NCBI GenBank assembly: GCA_965277805.1
Contig: OZ255842.1
Location: 4,352,001 to 4,416,000, forward strand
Length of the DNA stretch: 64,000 bases
From: Candidatus Lustribacter sp.
Lineage (GTDB): Bacteria > Vulcanimicrobiota > Vulcanimicrobiia > Vulcanimicrobiales > Vulcanimicrobiaceae
Direction of reading: 5' to 3'
Shown here: positions 10,065 to 19,914 of the stretch, in pieces
Position numbering within the stretch: position 1 is the stretch's first letter
Layout: every line of letters begins with the position of its first letter
Program-made: the position numbers and the translations under genes
Notes under the pieces: model-generated
The model's input: only the letters and a program-made list of their open reading frames with translations
What the model was told of the DNA's origin: nothing
Database searches by the model: none

Positions 10065-11054
10065 TTAGGCCGCCACCGCCGCAAACGCGCCGGCCAGCAG
10101 TTCGTAGGAGCGCTGCCGCAGCGCGTAATCGGGCGCGATCGTCACGACCATGATTTCATCGGCGACATAGTTTTGAACGGTCGCTTCGATGTGCGCGCGA
10201 ACGGTCTCCGGCGACCCGGTGATCAGGTTGCGCGTGGCGCGCGCTTCGGCGAGCTCGCGTTCGGTCCATGGATACGCCTTTGCTTCGTCGAGCGAGGGCA
10301 GCTTCGATGAGAGACCGCGCGTGCGCCGCAAGACGGCGAGCAGCGTCGGCAAGGCGAGCTCGGCCGCTTCTTCATCGGTCGGTGCGACGATCGCCGCAAC
10401 GGTGACCATCACGTGCGGCTGCGCGAGATATTCCGACGGTGCGAAGAGGTGGCGATACAGGCGCGTGACTTGCGGATAGTCGCCGCCGATGAACTGCGCG
10501 AACGAATACGGCAAACCGAATTGCGCCGCCAATTGCGCGCCGTAATCCGACGAGCCGAGAACCCACATCTCGGGCGAGGTGTCGACGGCCGGCTGCGCGA
10601 CCAGCCCGCGCAGCCGCGGATCGGGCACGTCGTTGCCGAAATATTTGAGGATGTCTTGAATCTGCTGCGGGAATTGCAGCGCGTCGCCGCTCTGCAGTGC
10701 CATCGACACCGCACGGGTGCCGCCGGGCGCGCGGCCGACGCCGAGATCGATGCGCCCGGGCGCCAGAGCTTCGAGCATGCGAAACGACTCGGCCACTTTG
10801 AACGCGCTGTAGTGCGGCAGCATGATGCCGCCGCTGCCCAAGCGGATGCGCGAGGTCTCACCGCTCAATCGAGCGAGCAGCACTTCCGGCGACGCATCGG
10901 CCACGTTCAAACCGTGGTGTTCCGCGCACCAGTAACGCGCGTAGCCGAGTTCGTCCGCTCGCCGCGCCAGCGCAATCGTCGCCTCGATCGCTTCCCGCGC
11001 CGACGCCCCGCTCACGGTCGGCGATTGGTCGAGGATGCTCAGCGGTACGGACAT
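10065..11054 (-). CDS. LLM-class flavin-dependent oxidoreductase (luciferase-like)
   Basis: LSILDQSP, YWCAEHHG, RLGSGGIMLPHY, GRIDLGVGRAPG. Confidence 0.92.
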   Translation of the reverse strand: MSVPLSILDQSPTVSGASAREAIEATIALARRADELGYARYWCAEHHGLNVADASPEVLLARLSGETSRIRLGSGGIMLPHYSAFKVAESFRMLEALAPGRIDLGVGRAPGGTRAVSMALQSGDALQFPQQIQDILKYFGNDVPDPRLRGLVAQPAVDTSPEMWVLGSSDYGAQLAAQFGLPYSFAQFIGGDYPQVTRLYRHLFAPSEYLAQPHVMVTVAAIVAPTDEEAAELALPTLLAVLRRTRGLSSKLPSLDEAKAYPWTERELAEARATRNLITGSPETVRAHIEATVQNYVADEIMVVTIAPDYALRQRSYELLAGAFAAVAA

Positions 11055-11087
11055 ACTCCCGTCATGACGTGCCAGGTGCGCAAAGGG

Positions 11088-11828
11088 ATGCATCGGGGAA
11101 TAGTTGCGCTGATGGGAAGCGCGGAGCGGCGGATCGGTACGGCCGGCTGGGCATTGCCGCCCGGCGTCCGCGACCGGTTCGCCGCCGGCGCCACGCAGCT
11201 CGAGCGTTACGCGAGCCGCTTCAATTGCGTCGAGATCAATTCGTCATTCTATCGCCCGCATCGCGCATCGACCTACGAGCGCTGGGCACGCACCGTTCCC
11301 GATGATTTCCGCTTTGCGCTGAAGGTGCCGAAAGAGATCACGCACGTGCGCCGGCTCGTCGATGTGGACGATGAAGTCGAACGCTTTCTCGAAGCGAGCG
11401 CGGGGCTCGGTCACAAACGCGATGTGCTGCTCGTTCAACTGCCCCCGTCGTTTGCCTACGATGATGTCGTCGTGCCGGCATTTCTCGCGCACTTGCGCTC
11501 GCGTTACGACGGCCGCATCGCGTGCGAACCGCGGCATGCGACGTGGTTCGCCGCCGAGGCCGACGCAGCGCTCGCAACGCTGCACGTCGCACGCGTCGCC
11601 GCCGATCCTCAGCCGTCGGGTGCCCCGTTCGCTCCGGGCGGCTGGGCCGGTTTCACCTATTGGCGTTTGCACGGCTCGCCGCGGATGTACTATTCCGCCT
11701 ACGACGATGCACGGCTCGACGAGATCGCCGCGATGATGAATTCGCCGGGCGTGCCGGCGTGGTGCATCTTCGACAACACGACGTTCGGTGCCGCAACCGC
11801 GAACGCGTTGACGATGACTGCGCGTTAG
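11088..11828 (+). CDS. DUF72 (YecE-like) protein
   Basis: RIGTAGW, VEINSSFY, FALKVP, LVQLPPSF, EPRH, RLHGSP, CIFDN. The start could be 11112. Confidence 0.9.
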   Translation: MHRGIVALMGSAERRIGTAGWALPPGVRDRFAAGATQLERYASRFNCVEINSSFYRPHRASTYERWARTVPDDFRFALKVPKEITHVRRLVDVDDEVERFLEASAGLGHKRDVLLVQLPPSFAYDDVVVPAFLAHLRSRYDGRIACEPRHATWFAAEADAALATLHVARVAADPQPSGAPFAPGGWAGFTYWRLHGSPRMYYSAYDDARLDEIAAMMNSPGVPAWCIFDNTTFGAATANALTMTAR

Positions 11829-12754
11829 AAGGTGAGTTCCCAGGTTTCGCTGGTGAGGTGCGGGCCCCAGAGGTCGTTGGACTCGGTGGCGATCAGGACG
11901 AAGCCTTCGCTCGCGTAGATCGCGCGCGCGGCGGTGAGGATCGAGTGCGTCCACAGCACGATTTTGCGATAACCGGCGGCGCGTGCGAACGCAATGCATT
12001 CGCGCACGAGGCGGCGGCCCAAGCCGCAGCCGCGCGACCACGGTTCGGTGAGCAGCAGGCGCAGACGCGCAACCGTCGGGTCGTCGTAGTCGTGCACGGC
12101 GAAGATGCAGCCGGCGCGTGCGCCGTTGCGTTCCGCGACCCACATGCGGTCGCGCGCGGCGTCGTAGTTGGCGACGTACGCGGCGATGACTTCCGACACG
12201 TAGCCTTCCATGTGCGCATCGAAGCCGTATTCGCTGCCGTAGAGCACGCCGTGGCGTTCGATCACCCAGCCGTAGTCGCCGACTTGCGGATCGCGCAGCA
12301 CGATCTCGCTCGGAGCCTCGTCCGGCGCGAGCGCCTCAGCAATCGTCGCCATCGCGTCGAGCACGCGCTCCTGACGTTCGTCCGGCAGCGGCGCCAAGAG
12401 CGCGGCGATATCGTCGTGCGAGCGTTCGTTCAGCGGCGCGTAGGCGGCGCGACCGGCGGCCGTGAGCGTGAGGACGTCGCGGCGGCCGTCGTCGGGCGAG
12501 GGCGTCCGCGTCACAAACCCTTGGCCCTCGAAACGGCGGAGGATCCGGCTCAGGTAGCCTGGGTCGAGGTCGAGCGCGCCCGCGACGTCGCTCGGCGAGG
12601 GCGCTTCCCGGTTGGCCAGCTCGTGGAGCACCCGCCCCTCGGCAAGCGTGAACGGGGAGCGCAGAAAGTTCTCGGCCAGGACGCCGAGGCGCTTGGTGTA
12701 GAGGCGGTTGAAGCGCCGGACCTGATCGACCCGGCGATCGAGCATGCTGGTCAT
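11825..12754 (-). CDS. Bifunctional MarR-HTH / GNAT acetyltransferase
   Basis: VRRFNRLYT, LDPGYLSRIL and DGRR (MarR); RLRLLLTEPWSRGCGLG and LWTHSILTAARAIY (GNAT). Confidence 0.92.
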   Translation of the reverse strand: MTSMLDRRVDQVRRFNRLYTKRLGVLAENFLRSPFTLAEGRVLHELANREAPSPSDVAGALDLDPGYLSRILRRFEGQGFVTRTPSPDDGRRDVLTLTAAGRAAYAPLNERSHDDIAALLAPLPDERQERVLDAMATIAEALAPDEAPSEIVLRDPQVGDYGWVIERHGVLYGSEYGFDAHMEGYVSEVIAAYVANYDAARDRMWVAERNGARAGCIFAVHDYDDPTVARLRLLLTEPWSRGCGLGRRLVRECIAFARAAGYRKIVLWTHSILTAARAIYASEGFVLIATESNDLWGPHLTSETWELTF

Positions 12755-12766
12755 GCCGGGGTGAAT

Positions 12767-12786
12767 TAGTTGACGATCGTCAACTA
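12767..12786. promoter_or_regulatory. Perfect 20-bp palindrome, probable MarR-GNAT autoregulatory operator
   Basis: TAGTTGACGA|TCGTCAACTA, 12 bp upstream of the ATG at 12754. Confidence 0.75.
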
Positions 12787-12794
12787 CCCTCCGC

Positions 12795-13199
12795 TCAGGC
12801 GTCCTCGGGCGGGTTCACGGCGAACCAATCGACGATCGCCGGCATCTGCGGCTCGAACGCGCCCGGAGCCGAGAAGTTCAGGACCCCCGCGCGCTGATCG
12901 GTCCGGTTTTCGAAGTCGTGCACGACGCCGCCGGGGACGAGGATGAACGAACCCTTGGCGGCGTGCGTCCAGTGCTCGCCGACGAGCAGGCTCATCGTTC
13001 CCTCGATCACGTAGAACGTGTCGTCTTTCTCGTGGGAGTGCGGGCCGGGCCCCTTCGTATGCGGGTCGAGCCACCACTCGGAGATCGTGTAGCGGTTTTC
13101 CGTTTCCGCACCGTCCGCTTTGAACACGGCCGCAATGCGTCCCATCGGATACGCGCGGCCGCCGCCGGGTTCGAGTATCACCGCTTCGCGAGTCGACAT
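12795..13199 (-). CDS. Cupin domain protein
   Basis: PGPHSHEKDDTFYVIEG and VPGGVVHDFEN cupin motifs. Confidence 0.88.
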   Translation of the reverse strand: MSTREAVILEPGGGRAYPMGRIAAVFKADGAETENRYTISEWWLDPHTKGPGPHSHEKDDTFYVIEGTMSLLVGEHWTHAAKGSFILVPGGVVHDFENRTDQRAGVLNFSAPGAFEPQMPAIVDWFAVNPPEDA

Positions 13200-13223
13200 G
13201 ACGCGCTATTTCGCGCTCCGCCG

Positions 13224-14633
13224 TCAGGACGCTTTAGCGAGAACGATCGAACCCACCGCCACCCCGCGCCACAGGCTGGCCAACGTGGCGAGCACCGCGC
13301 ACGCGGTCGCCGCGCCCATCGCGATCACTACGGCGGTGTCGGTGATGCCGCTGCCGTTCGCCGTCGGATGGCCTTGCGTCGCGAAGATGATCGCCACGAT
13401 GACGGCCCCGGTCGTTTGCCCGAACACGCGCGCCACGCCTTGAACCGCTTGCGGCGCGCCGCTGCGTTCCCGCGGCGCGCTGCCTTGCATCGAGCGGTTG
13501 TTCGGTGATTGGAAGAGACCGTAGCCGATGCCGCACACGGCCATGCGCCACGCGATGTCGAACGCTGATGGCGAGGGGCCCATCAATGTCGTGAACAGCA
13601 GGCCGGCGCTGAAGAGGCCTAGCCCGATCACCGCGAGCCGCGAGGAGTTATAACGATCGGCGAGCCGGCCCGAGAGCGGCGCCATCGCGGCGGACGCGAG
13701 CAGCCACGGTAAGAGCAGCGCGCCGATCTGCAGCGGCTTATATCCCATCACGGTTTGCAGTGCGAACGGCAGCGCCACCCACGCGATCGTCTGTGAGATG
13801 AACGACGCGTAGCACGCGAAGACGGCCAGCGTGAAGCGCAGCTGCGCGAACAGATCGACGGCGAACATCGGCAGCGGCGTCGCCAACTGCCGGCGGATGA
13901 ACAGCCAGCCGACGATCGCCGCGGCAACGATTTCGGCGAGGGCGAGCGGCGCCGAGCTGTTGTGCGACAACGAATCGAAGCCGATCACTGCCAGGCCGAA
14001 CATCGCGACGCTCATGACCGCGCTCACCGCATCGAACGATCCGCGATGGCCCGGCGTCTTCGGAATGACCGCGATTGCCATGATGTACACGGCAATGCCG
14101 ATCGGGATGTTCAGCGCGAAGAGCCATTGCCAGGGTCCGATCGCGAGGATCGCGCCGCCGACGATCGGACCCGTGGCCGCGCCGAGCGAGACCGCCATCG
14201 CGCTCACGCCGGTCGCACGCCCCAGCATCTTCGGCGGATAGACGAGCCGGTTGATCGGCGACGACGTGACGGTCAGCGCCGCGCCGGCGAGGCCTTGCAC
14301 GAAGCGCGACGCCGTGAGCATCACCAGATCGTGCGAGAGCACGCAAGCCAGCGATGCCAAGATGAAGACGAGCAGGCCGGCGCGATACACGCGCCAGTAG
14401 CCGAGGATGTCGCCGGCCGCAGCCAACGGCACGATCCCGACGGTGAGAGCGAGCTGATAGCCGTTGATCACCCAAATCGATGACGCGGCGCTCGCGTTGA
14501 TGTCGTGCGCGATCGTCGGCAGCGCGGTGTTGGCGATCGTCTGATCCATCATCGAGAGGACCGTTACAATGCTCGTTGCGACCAGCGTCCACACGCGCTT
14601 CGATGGGGCAACGACGCCCAGGGTCTCATCCAC
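13224..14633 (-). CDS. DHA2-family (14-TMS) MFS transporter
   Basis: DQTIANTALPTI, WVINGYQL, RFVQG, WQWLFALNIPIG, FQSPNNR. Confidence 0.9.
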   Translation of the reverse strand: MDETLGVVAPSKRVWTLVATSIVTVLSMMDQTIANTALPTIAHDINASAASSIWVINGYQLALTVGIVPLAAAGDILGYWRVYRAGLLVFILASLACVLSHDLVMLTASRFVQGLAGAALTVTSSPINRLVYPPKMLGRATGVSAMAVSLGAATGPIVGGAILAIGPWQWLFALNIPIGIAVYIMAIAVIPKTPGHRGSFDAVSAVMSVAMFGLAVIGFDSLSHNSSAPLALAEIVAAAIVGWLFIRRQLATPLPMFAVDLFAQLRFTLAVFACYASFISQTIAWVALPFALQTVMGYKPLQIGALLLPWLLASAAMAPLSGRLADRYNSSRLAVIGLGLFSAGLLFTTLMGPSPSAFDIAWRMAVCGIGYGLFQSPNNRSMQGSAPRERSGAPQAVQGVARVFGQTTGAVIVAIIFATQGHPTANGSGITDTAVVIAMGAATACAVLATLASLWRGVAVGSIVLAKAS

Positions 14634-14645
14634 GCTGACAGCTGC

Positions 14646-15389
14646 TCAAACGAGACCGCGTCCGACGCCCCACGTCGCGAGCGCTCCGCCGTCGACGCGG
14701 ATGTCTTCGCCGGTGATGAAGCCGGCGTCGTCCGATACGAGGAAGGCGATCGCTTTTGCAATGTCTTCGGGTTCGCCGAGCCGGCCGAGCGGAATCTCAT
14801 CCCAGCTGCGGTGCTTCGGTCCGGTTTTCGTCGGCGTCGCCGAGTTGACGCGAATTTTGTACGGCGCCAGATCACTCGCCATCGCGCGCACCATGTTCAA
14901 CGTTCCGCCTTTAGCGGAGCAGTAGGCCAGGGCATCGGGCCGGCCGCGGTGTCCCGACGTCGAGGCGACGAGCACGATCGATCCGGGCTTCTTCAGCTCG
15001 ACGAGACGTTGCGCGACGGCCTTAGAGCACAGAAACGAGCCGGTGAGCACGACGTCGATGATGCGCCGGAATTCTTCAAGGCTGGTGTTGAACAAACTGT
15101 TCTTGCCGGGCGTCGTCGGATTGCAGACGAGCGTGTCGACCGGGCCGAACGTCCGCTCCGCAATCGCAAGAAAACTCGCGACCGCATCGGGATCGGTAAC
15201 GTCGCCGGGTGCCGCGACGGCGCGCCCGCCTTGACTCTTCACGGCGTCGACCACTTGCTGTGCGACTTCGGGATAGAGGTTATTGCAGACGACGGCAGCG
15301 CCGCGTGCCGCAAACGTTTGGGCGACCGCCTGCCCCATGCTCGGTCCGCAGCCGGTGATGAGCGCGACTTTGCCTGCGAGTTCGTTCAT
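14646..15389 (-). CDS. SDR family oxidoreductase
   Basis: GKVALITGCGPSMG, YCSAK (YxxxK), IRVN, ITGEDIRVDGG. Start at ATG 15389. Confidence 0.9.
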   Translation of the reverse strand: MNELAGKVALITGCGPSMGQAVAQTFAARGAAVVCNNLYPEVAQQVVDAVKSQGGRAVAAPGDVTDPDAVASFLAIAERTFGPVDTLVCNPTTPGKNSLFNTSLEEFRRIIDVVLTGSFLCSKAVAQRLVELKKPGSIVLVASTSGHRGRPDALAYCSAKGGTLNMVRAMASDLAPYKIRVNSATPTKTGPKHRSWDEIPLGRLGEPEDIAKAIAFLVSDDAGFITGEDIRVDGGALATWGVGRGLV

Positions 15390-15478
15390 GCCGATGGCAT
15401 TAGTGCTGCTGCGCGCGTCCCCTTGCCAAGGGAGTGCGCCCGCTCCGTCTGAATGGGCAGAACATCGTAAGGAGAAGC

Positions 15479-16444
15479 ATGATGTCGAATCGTTTGACGC
15501 GTCGAGATGCACTCGTTGGTGCCGGCGCCGCAGCGGCAACGCTGGCGCTGCGTGCCCCCGCACTTGCGGAACCGGTGGTCCTGCACGTGTCGACCGTTGC
15601 GATCTTCGGCGCCGCGCCGTTCTATGCGGCCGACGCACAAGGCTATTTCACCGCCGAGAATCTCGCGGTGACGACCGATCCGGTGCAATCCGGAGCGGTC
15701 GGTGTGCCGGCGCTGGCAGTCGGCCAATTCGACATTCTCTATGCGAACACGGTTTCGACGATTACGGCGATCGACAAAGGGATCGACCTGCGCGTCGTCT
15801 TCGGCGGCGGCACGAACGGCAGCAAACCGCCGGGAAACTCGGCGTTGATGAAACGCCGCGGCGATGCGATCAAGACCGGCAAAGACCTCGAGGGCAAAAC
15901 GGTCGGCGTCAACGGCGTGAACGGCATCAATTGGGTGCTCACGCGATCGTGGGTGAAGATGACCGGCGGCGACCCCGACAAAGTGAAGTTTCTCGAACTC
16001 CCGAATCCCGCGCTAGTCGCGGCGATCAAAGCCGATCGCATTGACGCAGCGTACGTCGTCGACCCGTTCATGACGACCGGCTCGCAAGACCCCGCGATCG
16101 AGAGCTTCGCCTGGCCGCAGAGTTCGGTGTTCGCCGGCGGCCAGAACGGGCTGTGGGTCGTGATGGGTCAGACGATCGCGCAGCGTCCGGAACTCGTCCG
16201 CGCATTCAATCGGGCGATGCGCAAAGGCGTCGCTTGGATCAATGCCAACCTCGGCAACGACAGCTACCTCAAGCTCGTGGCCGGCTTCACCAAAATCGAT
16301 GCGACGCTGTTGGCGAAGATGGCGATGGTGCCGTTCGGGACGACCGTCACGGCGGCGCAGATCCAGCCGATGGTGAAGCTGATGCGCGAAAACGGTCTGC
16401 TCGCGGCCGACGTCGATCTTCGCCCTAAAATATTCGCCGGCTAG
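15479..16444 (+). CDS. SsuA/NMT1-type ABC substrate-binding protein
   Basis: AAGGAG RBS; Tat signal LTRRDAL; KDLEGKTVGVN; paralog of 62378..63337. Confidence 0.88.
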   Translation: MMSNRLTRRDALVGAGAAAATLALRAPALAEPVVLHVSTVAIFGAAPFYAADAQGYFTAENLAVTTDPVQSGAVGVPALAVGQFDILYANTVSTITAIDKGIDLRVVFGGGTNGSKPPGNSALMKRRGDAIKTGKDLEGKTVGVNGVNGINWVLTRSWVKMTGGDPDKVKFLELPNPALVAAIKADRIDAAYVVDPFMTTGSQDPAIESFAWPQSSVFAGGQNGLWVVMGQTIAQRPELVRAFNRAMRKGVAWINANLGNDSYLKLVAGFTKIDATLLAKMAMVPFGTTVTAAQIQPMVKLMRENGLLAADVDLRPKIFAG

Positions 16445-19400
16445 TGAAAATTGCGCGAGCGGACCTTGTCGGTCGTGCCGGATGTATCGAAATGCCAGCA
16501 GCGCTTCATGATCACATCGATCGCGCCCGACTCTTTCTGTAACACGCCCTCGACGATCAGACATTGGGAAGCGCGGATCGTGCGGCGGTACTTCTCGTAG
16601 ATGTCCGGCTTCACGATCACGTTGACGAGGCCCGTCTCGTCCTCGATGGTGAGGAACACGAAGCCTTTCGCCGTGCCCGGACGCTGACGCGTGATCACGA
16701 GACCGCCGATCTTGCACACCAGGTTCTTGGGCATCGCCGGCAAGCGTCCGGCCGCGAGCACGTGGCGCGCATTGAGTTCGGCGCGGAAGTGCGCGATCGG
16801 CTGCACGTCGGCGACGCCCGTCGCGGCGATGTCGAGCGCGGTGCGTTCGATTGCGCTGAGCGCAAGCAGCTGCGGCGGCGGCTCGTCGTCGATCTCCATC
16901 GCACGCCCCAGTTCGCCGCGTGCTTCGCGTTCGTTCAGCGCGCGCAACGCCCAGATCGCATCGCGCCGCGCCGGATACCACGGCGCGAAGGCCCCGCCCG
17001 CGGCGAGGTTCTCGAGCGGCTCGCGGGCCAGCTGCGTGCGGCGCGTGAAGTCGAGCAGATCCTCGAACGGGCGGCGTTCGTTCAGCGCGCGCTCGACGTG
17101 CTCGCGTTGCGCCTCGCCCATGCCGCGTACGAGGTGAAAGCCCAAGCGCAATGCGCCGTCGGGTTCGACGAAGCTCCACCACTCGCTGGCGTTCACCTCG
17201 ACCGGCCGCACGACGACGCCGTGCCGGCGCGCGTCGTTCACCAGCACTTCGGTTGAATAGAAGCCCATCGGCTGCACGTTGAGGATCGCGGCGCAAAAGA
17301 TCGCCGGCTCGTGGCACTTCACGTACGCCGATGCGTAAGCGAGCAGCGCGAAGCTCGCCGCGTGCGATTCGGGAAAGCCGTAGTCGGCGAAGCCTTCGAG
17401 CATGTGAAAGAGCCGCTCGGCCACCTCGCGCTCGATGCCGTTGCTCACCATCCCGTTCACCAAGCGCGGATAGATGTCGGCCATCCGGTCGCGCGAACGC
17501 TTGTGGCCCATCGCGCGGCGTAACTCGTCGGCCTCGCCGCCCGAAAACCCAGCAGTCTCCATCGCCATCCGCATCCCTTGCTCTTGAAACAGCGGCACGC
17601 CGAGCGTGCGCTCGAGAATCGGTTTGAGCGAGGGATGCGGATACGTCACTGGTTCCATGCCGTTGCGCCGGCGCAGGAACGGATGGATCATGTCGCCCTG
17701 AATCGGGCCCGGGCGAATGATCGCGACCTGCATGACGATGTCGTAGAAACACTTCGGCCGCAAGCGCGGCAGCATCGATTGCTGCGCGCGCGACTCGACT
17801 TGGAAGACGCCGATCGAATCGGCATTACACAGCATCTCGTAGGTGGGTTTGTCGTCGATCGGGATCGTCTCGAGCGAGAGCGGCTGGCGCTCGGGATAAC
17901 GGCGCGTATGCAGCGCGAACGCATCGCGCAGGAGTGAGAGCATGCCCAGGCCCAGCAGATCGATCTTGATCAGTCCGAGGTCGCTCAGATCGTCCTTGTC
18001 CCACTGCACGATCGTGCGGTCGCGCATCGTAGCCCACTCGATCGGCGCGACGTTCATCAACGGATCGCGCGTGATGATCATGCCGCCGGAGTGGATGCCC
18101 ATGTGACGCGGAAAGCCGTTGATGCGCCGGCACAGCGCGAGCAAGAGCGCGCCGGTTTCGCCGCCGATCGCGCCGCGCAGCCCCGATACGATCACCGGCG
18201 TGCGCGTGTCGTCGATCGCGCCGAAGCCGGGGGCGACGGGCGTGCCGCGTGAGGGCACGATGTTGCTGCCGGAGTCGAAGTCGCGCCGCCGTTCCACCGA
18301 TGCCGGCAGCGCTTTTGCCATCGCCGGCGGTGCGACGCCGACCGTTTCAGCCAAGGATTCCGTTGCATCGTACTCGCGCACGATTTGATCGACTTGGCCG
18401 AGCGAAAGCCCGAGCGCCTTGCCGACGTCGCGAATCGCCGAGCGCGTGCGATACGTGATGACCTCGGCCACCATCGCGGCGTGGTGGCGGCCGTAGCGGT
18501 TGTAGACGTACTGCAGCACTTGCTCGCGATCTTGATGCGCGAAATCGATGTCGATGTCGGGGATCTCGTTGCGCTCTTCGCTCAAGAAACGCTCGAAGAG
18601 CAAATCGCCGGCGATCGGATCGACCGCCGTGATCCCGAGCGCGTAACACACCGCCGAATTGGCCGCCGAACCGCGGCCTTGGCCGAGCACCCCGAGCGCA
18701 CGGGCCTCGCGCGAGATGTCCCACACGACGAGAAAGTAGCCCGAGAGATCCATGCGCGCGATGATGCCGAGCTCGTATTCGAGTTGCCGCTCGACCTTCG
18801 ATGAAAACGGCCAGCCGTAGCGTTTGCGCGCGCCTTCGTAGACGAGGGTGCGCAAGTAGGAGTGATGGCTCGTCTCGCCGTCGGGAACCGGAAAGTACGG
18901 AAACTGTCCGGCGAGTTTTTCGAGCCGGAACGTGCAGCGTTCGGTGATCGCGAGCGTATTGGCAAGCGCGAGCGGATAGGCATGAAAGAGCCGCGCCATC
19001 TGCTCCGGCGTCTTGAGCACGTATTCCGCATTCGGGCGCAACAGCGTGCCGGCAGTCGCTAAGGTGGATTTGTATTTCACGCAGGTGAGCACGTCGCACA
19101 GTCGTGCGTCCTCGCGATCGACGTAGGCGACGCCGTTGGTGGCGACGTACGGCACGTCGAGCTTTCCGGCGAGTGCCACCAGTGCTTGCACGAGCGCGCC
19201 GTCCTCGGGCCGTAAGTGATGCTGCAGTTCGAGATAGAAGCGGCCGGGGAAGAGATCGCGCAAGCGCGCGCCGATCGCGAACGCGCCGTCGTCGTCGCGG
19301 GCGAGCAGGGCTTTCTCAACGAGGCCGTTCGCGCCGCCGGAGAGCGCGATGATGCCGTCGGTACGGCCGGTAAAATCGTCGAGCCGCGCGCGCGCGTCGC

Positions 19401-19779
19401 GCTTGCGTCCGCGCAATTGCGCGAGCGAGATCAATTCGCACAGGTTGGCGTAACCGCGCGCGTTTTCGGCGAGTAGGACGATCCGCGGCGTATGCGTCGG
19501 CACCTCGCTCGCCGCTCGCGCGGGGCGGCTGGGCCGGATCGGTTCCGGGTCGGCCGTCTCGAGCGTTAACTCGGCACCGCAAACGGCGGGCAGCTTTCGC
19601 TCTTTGGCCGCTTTCGCGAATCGCACGGCGCCGTAGAGCCCGTCACGATCGGTCAGCGCGATCCCGGCGAGGCCCGCCGCCACGGCCGCGCCGACGAGTT
19701 CTTCCGGGTGCGAGGAGCCCTCGAGAAACGTAAAGTTCGACCAGGCGTGGAGTTCGGCGTAGCGCGGAGCGGCAGCCAT
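16441..19779 (-). CDS. dnaE2: Error-prone DNA polymerase DnaE2 (ImuC)
   Basis: PHP start YAELHAWSNFTFLEGSSHPEE, GRGSAANS, PDIDIDF, FQVESRAQ, YGFPESHAASFA, OB-fold RQRPGTAKG and the DnaE2-type C-terminal SRNFH. Confidence 0.97.
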   Translation of the reverse strand: MAAAPRYAELHAWSNFTFLEGSSHPEELVGAAVAAGLAGIALTDRDGLYGAVRFAKAAKERKLPAVCGAELTLETADPEPIRPSRPARAASEVPTHTPRIVLLAENARGYANLCELISLAQLRGRKRDARARLDDFTGRTDGIIALSGGANGLVEKALLARDDDGAFAIGARLRDLFPGRFYLELQHHLRPEDGALVQALVALAGKLDVPYVATNGVAYVDREDARLCDVLTCVKYKSTLATAGTLLRPNAEYVLKTPEQMARLFHAYPLALANTLAITERCTFRLEKLAGQFPYFPVPDGETSHHSYLRTLVYEGARKRYGWPFSSKVERQLEYELGIIARMDLSGYFLVVWDISREARALGVLGQGRGSAANSAVCYALGITAVDPIAGDLLFERFLSEERNEIPDIDIDFAHQDREQVLQYVYNRYGRHHAAMVAEVITYRTRSAIRDVGKALGLSLGQVDQIVREYDATESLAETVGVAPPAMAKALPASVERRRDFDSGSNIVPSRGTPVAPGFGAIDDTRTPVIVSGLRGAIGGETGALLLALCRRINGFPRHMGIHSGGMIITRDPLMNVAPIEWATMRDRTIVQWDKDDLSDLGLIKIDLLGLGMLSLLRDAFALHTRRYPERQPLSLETIPIDDKPTYEMLCNADSIGVFQVESRAQQSMLPRLRPKCFYDIVMQVAIIRPGPIQGDMIHPFLRRRNGMEPVTYPHPSLKPILERTLGVPLFQEQGMRMAMETAGFSGGEADELRRAMGHKRSRDRMADIYPRLVNGMVSNGIEREVAERLFHMLEGFADYGFPESHAASFALLAYASAYVKCHEPAIFCAAILNVQPMGFYSTEVLVNDARRHGVVVRPVEVNASEWWSFVEPDGALRLGFHLVRGMGEAQREHVERALNERRPFEDLLDFTRRTQLAREPLENLAAGGAFAPWYPARRDAIWALRALNEREARGELGRAMEIDDEPPPQLLALSAIERTALDIAATGVADVQPIAHFRAELNARHVLAAGRLPAMPKNLVCKIGGLVITRQRPGTAKGFVFLTIEDETGLVNVIVKPDIYEKYRRTIRASQCLIVEGVLQKESGAIDVIMKRCWHFDTSGTTDKVRSRNFH

Positions 19780-19787
19780 GGGCCGCT

Positions 19788-19816
19788 ATCGTAATCGAAC
19801 ATACGTTCGATAACAA
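19788..19816 (-). promoter_or_regulatory. LexA (SOS) box inside the sigma70 promoter of dnaE2
   Basis: TCGAAC-ATAC-GTTCGA at 19795-19810. On the minus strand: TTGTTA (-35), 17 bp, TACGAT (-10), 8 nt, ATG. Confidence 0.88.
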
Positions 19817-19842
19817 GAGGAATGTCGCTTGTATTGACATGT

Positions 19843-19892
19843 TCCGACATATCGGATAATGTCGGATCTATCAATATGATTCGATATATCGA
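19843..19892. promoter_or_regulatory. Probable PadR-family operator sites
   Basis: CCGACATATCGG (19844-19855), TCCGACAT-N8-ATGTCGGA (19843-19866) and perfect TCGATATATCGA (19881-19892), just downstream of TTGACA (19834-19839) and upstream of padR. Confidence 0.6.
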
Positions 19893-19914
19893 CACAAACC
19901 CGGAGGAACACCCC

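Noticed and set aside
18150-18350. Intein in DnaE2
   Set aside because: Too short, with no Cys/Ser start or His-Asn end motif.
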